Positions 8,015 to 16,948 of a stretch of DNA of 30,075 nt are shown one piece after another. The position numbers and the translations under genes are program-made. Below the pieces are notes generated by a model. The model was not told the origin of the DNA and ran no database searches. It worked only from the letters and a program-made list of their open reading frames with translations. The stretch's first letter is position 1. The number at the start of each line of letters is the position of its first letter. Location of the stretch: positions 1-30,075 of the IMG/VR virus record IMGVR_UViG_3300023214_000082. One strand, 5' to 3'. Source of the DNA: a virus. Taxonomy: Duplodnaviria > Caudoviricetes.

Positions 8015-11000
8015 GCTAACGGCCTGCGGCTTGATTCACGCTTGTCCAATGAGCGCCTCAGAGTTTCTCTTGTCTGCTGACCAGAGCTTACCACGCCTAC
8101 AAATCCTTCTCTTCGATCTCGATTGGCCTGCTCGGTAAGCAGACGCAGATCGGCAATTTCATCTCGCAATTCATCAAAGGACTCTTTCATGCCCGACTGG
8201 ACAAGCTGTCCGTCCCTAGGCACAACAAATTCACCGGCCTGTAAATTGTGCGGTCCGTCCGAAAACACTGAACCGCCGCGATGCATGACTGGCAATTGTT
8301 CGATCGGATCATGACCTTCGCTGATTATGAAATCAGGAATAATTTGTGCGATTGTTGCACCCAACGAATCAGCCAGACCGCTAATGGTGGTGTTGATTGT
8401 CCACAGCGCGTCTAGCTGCAACCCCTCCACATCCGCTATCAATAGCAGTGCTTCCATCTCGCTTTGAACGCCGGATACCAATTCATTGAAGTGCTCTTCA
8501 AGAGCTTCGCCAACAAGACCTGGGTGCTCGCCTGTTAGTTTCTCAATCAGATCGCCTAGCGGAATATCGAAGCGCTTGCCAACCTCGGCCGGTGTTTCTT
8601 CCGTCAATTGCGACAGCAACGCGATTTGCTGCACCAATTGACTAGCCAGGAACGCTTGTTCTGCCGCGCTAATCTGTATGCTGCTCGCTGATGCGGCAAT
8701 TGCCGACGTGTTAGCGGCAGTCTCCTGTACAGGGTCCGGCACATCAAGTCCAGCAACCTGCTCCATGGCATCACGGACCTGCCGCCAGATCGTATCGAAA
8801 TCTGACGTTGACGTGCCAAAGAAGCCTGCCGCCTCACTTAGGAACGTGTCGGCCAAACTCGGCAAATCAGCTAGTGCGTCTAAATCACCTCCGAGCGCCG
8901 CCGCAAACGCCTCATTGAATTGTCGTTCCGCTTCATTTAATCTGCTCTGCGGCACAAGCGGCGAGATATTGGACAACAAAGACGATTCCAGCCATGCGTC
9001 TATCGCTTCTATTCCTCTGATCATCTGTTCACGTATGTTGTTAACAGACTGACCAACCGAATTGCCAATTGATTGAGCAGACGAATCTATTGATTGGCTA
9101 ACTCCAAATAGCCGCTCCGCCAGTGACTTAATGCTGGCCTCCAATTGAGAGGCGAACGCCTGTAGCTGGATTTGGTGCATGCGCTCCACAATCATCAATT
9201 GTTCGCGCGTCGCACCAAGGCCACGCAACGTTTCCATCGCCTGGGCAGCCTGTTGGCTCAACCGCGCAAACTCGGCCCACATAGGTGCAATCGTGCTGAT
9301 CACCTGCATTGTAGCGTTAGCTACGATGTCTCCTATTCTTGCTTGATTGGCCGCAATCTCTGCGCCACGCATGGCCGTTACCCAGTCAGATACAGCGGCC
9401 ACCGCCTCATCTGTGCTCAGACCGGCACTCACCAACTGATCAACCAAATCATCCGCCGCATCATCAACGCTGCGCAACGCCAACTCAATAGGCGACAGGT
9501 CTAGCGCGTCAATCTCGGATTGCATCTGTGTGATCAGATCATCAATGCGCGATTGATCGACAATGCTACCTCTCGCCTTAGCTAGGTTTGTTTCAGCGTC
9601 GATCAAATCAGCTATAGCCACGCCAGCCTCAATCAATAGCGCTTGCGCATCAGGCCCCATCGTAAGGAATAATTCGTCCCACAATTCACGGAATCCGTCG
9701 ATTGTGAACGCACCTTCAATCCCGAGCGTATCAAATAAATCTTGTGCCCGCTCTCTTGCTTGATCCGTTGCAACCTCTGCGCGTTCGGCATCGCTGAAAA
9801 ACGTCTGGAATATGCGATTCAGACCGCCTACCAACGCATCTAGGTTATCACCGAAAGCCCTTGATAACTCATCACCGAAACGTATCAATTCCTCGCGCGA
9901 CCCGTCAAACTGCCTACCAACTAGCGCGAGACCTACATCCAGCGTATCGGCGACCGCGCGTAAGCGAATAAACGTGTCGATTAACGTTTCGTTTTCTCTG
10001 CCCAGCTCATCGACGATAGCAAGCTGCGCACGGAATGCATCATTAGAGACCTCAGTTATTTCAATCGTCCCTTGTAGCGCCGCGTTAAATTGTTGGATTC
10101 CCTGTGCATGCAAACGAAAATCACCAGGATTGGTGTCGATAGGCGTGCCACCCCCGCCGCCCGGCGGATTGATGATTGGATTCGTCGCAACAGGACCGAC
10201 CGGCAGTCCGCCAGCGATAGAATCTATGCCCAAACCGCGACCAAAAAACAACTCCCTCCGAATCACGAACGCGTCAGCTAATCGCTGCATCTGGTCCTCT
10301 AATTTCTCGGCGCGCTTAACTACCTGTTGCACAAACTCATCCATCACAGACAGCGCCACATCAAATCTTCGTTGCATCATCTGATCTAACGACAGACCGT
10401 CTTCGTCGGATATGTGCGTGAAATTTTGCAGCGCGTCTCGCACAGCATCACCAGCGCCGCTGTGTTCTATTGCTATAGCAAGCGCCTGGTCAAAATCCTG
10501 TAGACCTCGCACTATCTGGCTAATCTGATCGTCAGATAGACCCGTGCTGCCGAATGCGACATCCCCAATAGCCGTTCGGAAAATCTCAGCATCAATACTT
10601 CTCTTGCGTGCAAGCAAAGGATTGAGAGCACCAAAATCAAAACGTGGGTCCTTGGGTTTATCGCCGAATAATCCACCTAGCACACCACCGAGCAAGCCGC
10701 CGACAATAGCCCCAATAGGCCCAGCGAACGCTCCCAACGACGTAAGCAATTTGCTGCCCATGGCCTGGCCTGCAACAGCGCCGATACTAGATCCCAATTG
10801 CGCAGACAACGTATTACCGCCGATCGCAGCACCAAGACCAGCACCAACCGATAACCCTATCGAATCGCGCAATCCTGAACTAAATTTGCCATCGTCATCA
10901 AATAACCCGTTATTAATCGCGTCCTGGAATCCTCCAGCAATCGCGTCCGTAACATGGGCACGGAATACGCCGCCTACAGCTGATAAGATATTGCGATCAC

Positions 11001-13002
11001 CAATGATCGCTGACGCAAGTCCCCTGGACAGATCATTAGCGAGCAAGCCTGCACCTTGCTGCTGCAAATTATTTGACTCGTCTGAGAATAATTTTATGCC
11101 TGTTGCCGCCTCGACCATCGCGCCAGCTAGACGCATCATCGCATCAGCATATTCCTGTGTTATGCGAGGGCCTGCCAGTAATGCGAACTCCACTTCATGT
11201 AGGACATCGATAAATGGACGTGATTCATCAATTGAGTCTGCCAGCAAACCAACAAAAGCTTTGATTGCTCTGTTGTACTGTTCTTGATCTATTATCCCAT
11301 CTCTGACCAACTCTGACGCGGATTTAATATTACGCTCAAAATCACGTAATGCAGGAGCCGCGCCACCTGCCACAGAATCTTCGATGTCTTCGATCCGCTC
11401 GATAAACGAAGCGGCCTCATTGGAAAGGCCTGAAATGCTGCTCTTGACCTTGTCAAGCCGATCACGGAGCGGCTGCAACGCATCGTCAATTTCCCCTGCG
11501 CTCATTCCAGCCTCGCGCATGATCTCCGTCATGCGCTCCGTGTCTCTATTGAATCGCAACTGCGCCTCAGCAAGCGGGCCTTGCAGGCTGGCGGCGATTT
11601 CAGCCAGTTCGTTCTGCACTTGAGTAAGCGCGTCTATGGTTTCTTTGCTCTGTTCTATCTCAGCAAACGAAGACAGCGCTTTCCTGAGCTGCTCTAGCCG
11701 CAACCTTATCCCTCTACCGGCAACGCTATCCTCGCCAAACCGGCGAGACATTGTCTCCAGTTTTTCTATTTCTTGCTGAATCTCATTGATTGATTTAGGA
11801 ACTTCATGCATTTGATTTAGCATGCGCTGGTGAGCATCTGAAAACCGCTCGACTGATTGTGTAGTCGAATCCAGAGCGTCACGTAGCCCGTAAGCTCGCT
11901 CCTCAAAACTCAGGAAGTTGCGCATACCCTCAGTGATCTTTATGGCAAGAAATGCCAGACCTGCGGCTCCCAGCCCTAATGGGCCTAACAGAGATGCCCA
12001 GGCGCGGCCGATCGTCTTGATTACGCCGGACTGAACCGCAGCCGCCGTGGTGGTGGCACCAAGCGCCTTTTCGAGCGCGATCATGGACACTACAGCGCCC
12101 TTGGCACCTGCTAACACAATGTAGAGCTTGCCGATACTTTTGGCCAGCAGGCCAAAAGCAATTAGCGCGGGACCAATTGCAGCAGCTATAGCGCCAACCG
12201 TAACGATCACATTTTTAGTGCGCTCATCTATGTCGCTGAATGATTCAGCTAGGCCTTTGATATTTTGTGCCACACGGACAACCACTGGCGCAATGATCTT
12301 GCCAATGCTCTCAAGTGCATCGCCAATGGCGTTGCCCATCTGCGCCAAAGAGCCGCCTGTCGTTTCGGCCTCTGCCCTCGCAACATCAAACGCCCTGCCC
12401 AGAATATCTTGTGCCTTGGCTACCCGTTCCGATTGATCCTCAATAGCCCGAAGCGCGGGCAGATACCGATTGAGCATCGTGGTATCGCCCTCCTCCAATA
12501 CTGCCGCGTACCTAATTGCTGACTGTGCGCTCATGTCAAACGCGGCCGCCATCGCAATAGCATTTTTCACAGCACGTTCGGCAGCGTCTCCAGTGAGTCC
12601 TAATGACTCTGCCTGCTGGAGCATAGCAAGCGCGGTTTCGTCGCCGATAACAGAGATGCGCTGCATCTCTTGCGCAAACTTCGAATAGCGATTGAACAGT
12701 CTATCAACGGCTCGGCCATTTGCTTGTAGCGCAGCGCGAAGCTTGAATTCAGCTTTTTCCTGAGCTGCAAACGCAGACGTAGCAGCACTAGCCAAAGCAA
12801 TAAGCGGAGCAGTGACGCCTAACGCGAGCATTTTACCCGTGCCGATCATGGCGCGGCCGGCACGGTCCCAGCGTTTAGCCATTTCCTCTGCTCTACTGGC
12901 GGACGTAGCGCTTGTCTGGTTGAGCTTGTTCAGACGTTGATCGGCAGTGACAACGCCACTGCTATCTATTTTTATGCCTAGCTCAGCAAAATCAACGGCC
13001 AT
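8011..13002 (-). CDS. Tail tape measure protein
   Basis: 1663 aa, Ala/Leu-rich and helical. N-terminus DFAELGIKIDSSG; GxxxG stretch GPIGAIVGGLLGGVLGGLFG; C-terminal HRGG...LQAGEFVVP. It follows the tail chaperones. Confidence 0.92.
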   Translation of the reverse strand: MAVDFAELGIKIDSSGVVTADQRLNKLNQTSATSASRAEEMAKRWDRAGRAMIGTGKMLALGVTAPLIALASAATSAFAAQEKAEFKLRAALQANGRAVDRLFNRYSKFAQEMQRISVIGDETALAMLQQAESLGLTGDAAERAVKNAIAMAAAFDMSAQSAIRYAAVLEEGDTTMLNRYLPALRAIEDQSERVAKAQDILGRAFDVARAEAETTGGSLAQMGNAIGDALESIGKIIAPVVVRVAQNIKGLAESFSDIDERTKNVIVTVGAIAAAIGPALIAFGLLAKSIGKLYIVLAGAKGAVVSMIALEKALGATTTAAAVQSGVIKTIGRAWASLLGPLGLGAAGLAFLAIKITEGMRNFLSFEERAYGLRDALDSTTQSVERFSDAHQRMLNQMHEVPKSINEIQQEIEKLETMSRRFGEDSVAGRGIRLRLEQLRKALSSFAEIEQSKETIDALTQVQNELAEIAASLQGPLAEAQLRFNRDTERMTEIMREAGMSAGEIDDALQPLRDRLDKVKSSISGLSNEAASFIERIEDIEDSVAGGAAPALRDFERNIKSASELVRDGIIDQEQYNRAIKAFVGLLADSIDESRPFIDVLHEVEFALLAGPRITQEYADAMMRLAGAMVEAATGIKLFSDESNNLQQQGAGLLANDLSRGLASAIIGDRNILSAVGGVFRAHVTDAIAGGFQDAINNGLFDDDGKFSSGLRDSIGLSVGAGLGAAIGGNTLSAQLGSSIGAVAGQAMGSKLLTSLGAFAGPIGAIVGGLLGGVLGGLFGDKPKDPRFDFGALNPLLARKRSIDAEIFRTAIGDVAFGSTGLSDDQISQIVRGLQDFDQALAIAIEHSGAGDAVRDALQNFTHISDEDGLSLDQMMQRRFDVALSVMDEFVQQVVKRAEKLEDQMQRLADAFVIRRELFFGRGLGIDSIAGGLPVGPVATNPIINPPGGGGGTPIDTNPGDFRLHAQGIQQFNAALQGTIEITEVSNDAFRAQLAIVDELGRENETLIDTFIRLRAVADTLDVGLALVGRQFDGSREELIRFGDELSRAFGDNLDALVGGLNRIFQTFFSDAERAEVATDQARERAQDLFDTLGIEGAFTIDGFRELWDELFLTMGPDAQALLIEAGVAIADLIDAETNLAKARGSIVDQSRIDDLITQMQSEIDALDLSPIELALRSVDDAADDLVDQLVSAGLSTDEAVAAVSDWVTAMRGAEIAANQARIGDIVANATMQVISTIAPMWAEFARLSQQAAQAMETLRGLGATREQLMIVERMHQIQLQAFASQLEASIKSLAERLFGVSQSIDSSAQSIGNSVGQSVNNIREQMIRGIEAIDAWLESSLLSNISPLVPQSRLNEAERQFNEAFAAALGGDLDALADLPSLADTFLSEAAGFFGTSTSDFDTIWRQVRDAMEQVAGLDVPDPVQETAANTSAIAASASSIQISAAEQAFLASQLVQQIALLSQLTEETPAEVGKRFDIPLGDLIEKLTGEHPGLVGEALEEHFNELVSGVQSEMEALLLIADVEGLQLDALWTINTTISGLADSLGATIAQIIPDFIISEGHDPIEQLPVMHRGGSVFSDGPHNLQAGEFVVPRDGQLVQSGMKESFDELRDEIADLRLLTEQANRDRREGFVGVVSSGQQTRETLRRSLDKRESSRRPLA

Positions 13003-13025
13003 TAGTGCTTACCTTTGCCATTCGA

Positions 13026-13421
13026 TTACTCCTTTTCGCGCTCACGCTGGGCTTTCCGTTCTTCGGTGACAACGGCCAGAAACTCATCATCCATTCGCAC
13101 AAGCAACGTGACTTCCTCTGGCGTGATCTGCGTGCCGGTCAACATTGCCCATCCGCTGATCTCGGTCCATGACAGGGGGTTCACGGAATCGAAGCCCGGC
13201 GGTCGCCGGGCGTTCAGCATCCAAAACCAATCCCATAGGTGCTCGAAACCCTCCGGTGTTTCAGGCTCCGGGTCATACTCGATGCCGAGATGATCGTTCA
13301 GCTCGGCTCGAGTAACTTCTACCGGGCCATCCTTACCGGGTAGCTTGTGCCCCCACGGGACGTGATACCGGACGTGGTATCTCAGGCACTCGCAGAGTCG
13401 TTCTCCGCTTCGGACAAAAAA
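13026..13421 (-). CDS. Tail assembly chaperone, -1 frameshift extension (gpT-like)
   Basis: The -1 frame is open from the slippery site to the stop at 13026: ...PEGFEHLWDWFWMLNARRPPGFDSVNPLSWTEISGWAMLTG...LLVRMDDEFL. It contains the 64-aa track ORF. Confidence 0.8.
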   Translation of the reverse strand, partial: FFVRSGERLCECLRYHVRYHVPWGHKLPGKDGPVEVTRAELNDHLGIEYDPEPETPEGFEHLWDWFWMLNARRPPGFDSVNPLSWTEISGWAMLTGTQITPEEVTLLVRMDDEFLAVVTEERKAQREREKE

Positions 13422-13801
13422 TCGGAAGCGTCACCGATTTCCTCATCAATGAAGTTCTTGAGGAAAACGGAAAACTCTGTTTCGCCGGTGATGAATTCAC
13501 GCAGCTTGGCCTGGGAGAAGTCAGGCTGTTCGCCGTTGAAGGTCGCGCCGCCTTCGGTCCATCGCCAGCCTGCGACGTGAGCAATGCGTCGGTCATCATC
13601 GAAACGATCCATGATCGCCTCACGATTGCCGCGCTTGCCTTTGCGTGCGGCTTCCATGAACTTTGAACGGTACTTGCGATTAACCGCCTGAACCTCTGGC
13701 GAAGATTCATAACGGAGCGTCAGATAGAAACCCGTGCGGGTTCCGTTGGGGAGTGTGAATTCAACTTCACGTTCACTTGCTTTCAGCTTGGAAAAGTCCA
13801 T
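13382..13801 (-). CDS. Tail assembly chaperone (gpG-like)
   Basis: 139 aa, located between the tail tube and tape measure genes. Ends ASDFLSEAENDSASA with a slippery site at the D-F-L codons. Confidence 0.85.
   Translation of the reverse strand: MDFSKLKASEREVEFTLPNGTRTGFYLTLRYESSPEVQAVNRKYRSKFMEAARKGKRGNREAIMDRFDDDRRIAHVAGWRWTEGGATFNGEQPDFSQAKLREFITGETEFSVFLKNFIDEEIGDASDFLSEAENDSASA
13415..13421 (-). promoter_or_regulatory. Programmed -1 ribosomal frameshift heptamer T TTT TTG
   Basis: Minus strand GAT TTT TTG has X XXY YYZ form in the correct phase, and a -1 shift enters the open downstream chaperone frame. Confidence 0.8.
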
Positions 13802-13823
13802 CAGTCATTCCTTTCAGTCATTC

Positions 13824-13850
13824 AAAAAAAGACCCCGCCGAAGCGGGGTC
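13824..13850 (-). terminator. Rho-independent terminator after the tail tube gene
   Basis: Minus strand GACCCCGC-TTCG-GCGGGGTC followed by T7. Confidence 0.9.
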
Positions 13851-13878
13851 AACGTTACAACGGAGTTGTCGTTGTTCT

Positions 13879-14343
13879 TTACGCGGACGGCGCTTCTACC
13901 TCAATAGGAACTTGCACGTAACCAAACGTGAAAGTTTTCTGCTTGAAATCCTCGTTGCCGCCCTTGTTGTTCTGCGGGCCGGTGAACAGACCACGGTTAT
14001 ACTCGATAGAGCCGTCAGCCCATTCGACCTTCGTGGCGTAGTTGTTGGTATTGTCGTGCGCCGCATAAGACTTGAGCAGGTCCATACCGGCCGAAGGCGC
14101 ATCGACAAAGGTGATATCACCGTCGCCAGCGTTCGCTTGGCCTTTGCTCTTGCACACTACAGGACGATCCCACGTCGGTTGCGTGTTGATGTTCTGCTGG
14201 ACGCCAGTATCGCCATGTGTGATTACGCCAGGGACCTGCGTGTAAGTCAACCCAGAGAATTCTGATTCGGTAAGATCGTCATTCTCGGCAGTTGTCGAAA
14301 CGGAGAAAGTTGCTCCGAAATTGGAAATTCCGCATTGAGACAT
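13879..14343 (-). CDS. Major tail (tube) protein
   Basis: 154 aa with own SD GAGG and a downstream terminator. Motifs EFSGLTYTQV..V..HGDTG and KSKGQANAG. Located between the tail terminator and chaperone genes. Confidence 0.85.
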   Translation of the reverse strand: MSQCGISNFGATFSVSTTAENDDLTESEFSGLTYTQVPGVITHGDTGVQQNINTQPTWDRPVVCKSKGQANAGDGDITFVDAPSAGMDLLKSYAAHDNTNNYATKVEWADGSIEYNRGLFTGPQNNKGGNEDFKQKTFTFGYVQVPIEVEAPSA

Positions 14344-14426
14344 GATTGATTCCTCTACGTAGTGGTTAAAAGGTGGTGCCCATCAACGATGGGGAATCAG
14401 TCAAATCGTTCTAGCCGCGCTGGCTT

Positions 14427-14822
14427 TCAGTAGATCCCGCGCCACGGAATCGTGACGGGGATAAACAGTCGGCTACCGTCATCAGTGACGGCTGGAGACT
14501 GCCATGCTCTTTTTCTCACTCTCACGGGGCCGATTTCCAGACCCTTGGGGAAATGGGCGATGATGGCGTCCGCCATCTGCGACGGTTCCACCTGCCCACC
14601 TCCGGGCCGGTAATAGACGCCGACCTGGAAAAACCCGATAGCCTCATGGCAGGATTCATCCTCCCACGCAAGATCGGCGGGTTCATTTGGAAAAAACACC
14701 GGCTCCAGCCATAGCCCGGACGATGGCGGCTCGAAGTTGATTCCGGGCCATGCAATCGGCGGCGCATCGGTCAGGGTATTCAGCCGGCCAAGGCAAGCGG
14801 TCAGAATGTCAGTCGTGCTCAT
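14427..14822 (-). CDS. Tail terminator protein (DUF4128-like)
   Basis: PPIAWPGINFEPP..LWL, GFFQVGVYYRPGGG, ADAIIAHFPKG and FIPVTIPWR motifs. Directly precedes the tube gene. Confidence 0.85.
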   Translation of the reverse strand: MSTTDILTACLGRLNTLTDAPPIAWPGINFEPPSSGLWLEPVFFPNEPADLAWEDESCHEAIGFFQVGVYYRPGGGQVEPSQMADAIIAHFPKGLEIGPVRVRKRAWQSPAVTDDGSRLFIPVTIPWRGIY

Positions 14823-15486
14823 AAGCATCAGCCCTATCTCCGATCCATTGCCTCAATACGCCGGTTGTGTCCGGGGTGCCGAAATTCTGCCTGTGTCCGA
14901 CGCCGATACCCTGCCTTCCGGGCAGGCCCTTGATGCCGACCACGTTGGTTGTGGGCAGTAGTTTCTTCTGCCCGTTGAATTGACGCCACAGGTCGATATC
15001 AATGCGCTTGCTGCCGGCCCGGCAAATCTTCTTGAGCAAGGCCAGCGCTTCACCACGGCAAGCCGTCGAAGCCAAAGCGGCATGGTTCCCGCCGCCCATT
15101 TCCTTATATCGACGGTTCGCGACGTTGTAGTAGCGGGCTGTTTTCTCTCCGACCAGATCGGCAGACTCAAGGGCCGTCAGGACGTTTTCGAGATGGCCTG
15201 GTAAGTAGCAATCATCGTCTTCGACAATTGCCACAACGGCATCGTCAGGCACGCCACCAAGGGCCATCGCCATGCTTTCGGCCTGCGTGTTCATGCCCGG
15301 CTGCCATCTTCGCGGCGGCCGGAGATAGGTCACGTCAAACCGGCTTTCGGGGATCGGCGATGCTGGGTCGCAGTCATCAACGATGATCCACTTTGCCGGG
15401 CCTTGATAGGTCTGCTCGTTCAGGTGCTTGTTCAGCAGCGCCAATCCTTCGGGTCTGCCGCCGGTCGGGCAAATCAGGTACAGCAC
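14809..15486 (-). CDS. Glycosyltransferase, GT-A fold (GT2-like)
   Basis: LICPTGGRP...QTY...WIIVDD and the DxD-like VAIVEDDDCY motif. Confidence 0.85.
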   Translation of the reverse strand: MLYLICPTGGRPEGLALLNKHLNEQTYQGPAKWIIVDDCDPASPIPESRFDVTYLRPPRRWQPGMNTQAESMAMALGGVPDDAVVAIVEDDDCYLPGHLENVLTALESADLVGEKTARYYNVANRRYKEMGGGNHAALASTACRGEALALLKKICRAGSKRIDIDLWRQFNGQKKLLPTTNVVGIKGLPGRQGIGVGHRQNFGTPDTTGVLRQWIGDRADAYEHD

Positions 15487-16280
15487 GACAGCAGCCCATC
15501 GACAATGACGCGCGAATCATGATTGCGCTCTACCCAGCCTCTCGGACTACCCATCCGCATCTGCTTTCTGGCCTCATGGATCACGTCGTTTACTCTCGGC
15601 TCATAACCTCCCCGCCCGGAGTAGCTGTTTTCCAGGCTCCGGGCAAGGTCGCCATCATCCATCAGCGGTCCCTGATACGCGGATCGGTGGTCATAGATCA
15701 CGGTCGGAGCGCCACAAGCCATGGATTCCAGTGCAGCCCGGCCCGTTGCGAACACCAGGTCCGATGATTGCAATATCTCTCGGGCCTGTTCGTGCGATGC
15801 GTTCTTGATGTGGCGATACGGCAGCCCCAGCGCGTCGGCACAGGCTTTGCCATGAATCTCTGCCCGCCGGTAGCTATAGCGGGTGACGTGCGTTCTCTGC
15901 GCGTCTGACGGCCGCCAGAATTGCAAGTCTATCGGTTGCCGGATAACCGGCCCATCCATGCCCCAATGATCCCGTACGCCCTCAGACACGAAAGCGGTCA
16001 CATCGCAGCCCGACTCCGGACGTTCGGCATCAATAATCCCATGCGACACCAGAATCGAGCGCTTGCAGAAGTTCAACACCGGCCGCGTGCATTTCAGGTT
16101 CGCGGCGATGCCAAGGTCGAACAGCCCTTCGAGCCTGAATCCCGGTTGCCACTCGGCAACCTCATGGCCCATGCGCTCCAGTTCCGAACGAACGGTCTTG
16201 ATCCAACTCTGTAGGCCGCCAATCGGCCTAGGTCCGGTCGGGACGAATTTACCGGCCAAGACTATTCGCATTGTTCCCAT
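15474..16280 (-). CDS. Glycosyltransferase, GT-B fold (GT4-like)
   Basis: GGLQSWIKTVRSELERMGHEV, FVSEGV and ILQSSDLVFATGRAALESMACGAPTV motifs. Alternative start at 16271. Confidence 0.85.
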   Translation of the reverse strand: MGTMRIVLAGKFVPTGPRPIGGLQSWIKTVRSELERMGHEVAEWQPGFRLEGLFDLGIAANLKCTRPVLNFCKRSILVSHGIIDAERPESGCDVTAFVSEGVRDHWGMDGPVIRQPIDLQFWRPSDAQRTHVTRYSYRRAEIHGKACADALGLPYRHIKNASHEQAREILQSSDLVFATGRAALESMACGAPTVIYDHRSAYQGPLMDDGDLARSLENSYSGRGGYEPRVNDVIHEARKQMRMGSPRGWVERNHDSRVIVDGLLSCCT

Positions 16281-16948
16281 TCAATAAGCGGCGCACCAAA
16301 GTCGGAGCGCTCATGTATCGCCTTGCCCTTTCTAGCCTGCCACTTTCGCGCAAGGCGCGGGAAGTACCGCGCGTAAAAGTCGCACGTGTCTTCCCAGTGC
16401 TCAACTGACAGGCATTTGCCGTAATGCCTCACCTTCAGGCCGGAATCCACCACTTGCCCGGAGTAATCCGGCTCGCGTTTTCCGTAACCCCGATAAGAGG
16501 CAAGATGCGGCTCGAAAAGCATCAAGATATCTCGACGCTCCGGCCCCCACATGCGTGGCAAATCCTCCAACCTGCCGCCGGTATAGGGATCCCGCCGATC
16601 AGGCGTCATGTACCCATCGAACAGGGCCATGCGGTAGCCGCCTGGCTTGTCCGGAAGCTGGCCTTCGATCCGTTCATCCGCGTCAAAGCACAGCACCATG
16701 TCCGGGCTGTGCTCTCTGGCGTAATCAAGTGCAATCGCACGATGCCGGGTTTCGGCCCTCGGCTGATCAGGACTCCACTCCTCCCCGCAAATCAAATCCA
16801 CGCGATCGAACGATGCTGCAATTTCCGGGCTTTCGTCCGTGGAATAATCATCGTAGATAACCAGCCGGTCACAATGGCCGGCGAAATGCCGGAGCGTGTC
16901 CTCAAGGATCAACGCCTCGTTCCTGATCCTTGAGATGCCGACGATCAC
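16262..16948 (-). CDS. Glycosyltransferase, GT-A fold (GT2-like)
   Basis: RIRNEALILEDTL, LVIYDDYSTDES, VLCFDADE (DxD) and VRHYG motifs. Confidence 0.88.
   Translation of the reverse strand: MIVGISRIRNEALILEDTLRHFAGHCDRLVIYDDYSTDESPEIAASFDRVDLICGEEWSPDQPRAETRHRAIALDYAREHSPDMVLCFDADERIEGQLPDKPGGYRMALFDGYMTPDRRDPYTGGRLEDLPRMWGPERRDILMLFEPHLASYRGYGKREPDYSGQVVDSGLKVRHYGKCLSVEHWEDTCDFYARYFPRLARKWQARKGKAIHERSDFGAPLIEWEQCE

Noticed and set aside
9812-11287. Long plus-strand ORFs (190 and 247 aa)
   Set aside because: They are antisense shadows of the tape measure gene with no recognisable motifs.
14379-14393. Hairpin CCCATC-GTT-GATGGG upstream of the tail tube gene as a further GGAU element
   Set aside because: The loop is not GGAU and the hairpin is single. 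It may be an unrelated stability element.
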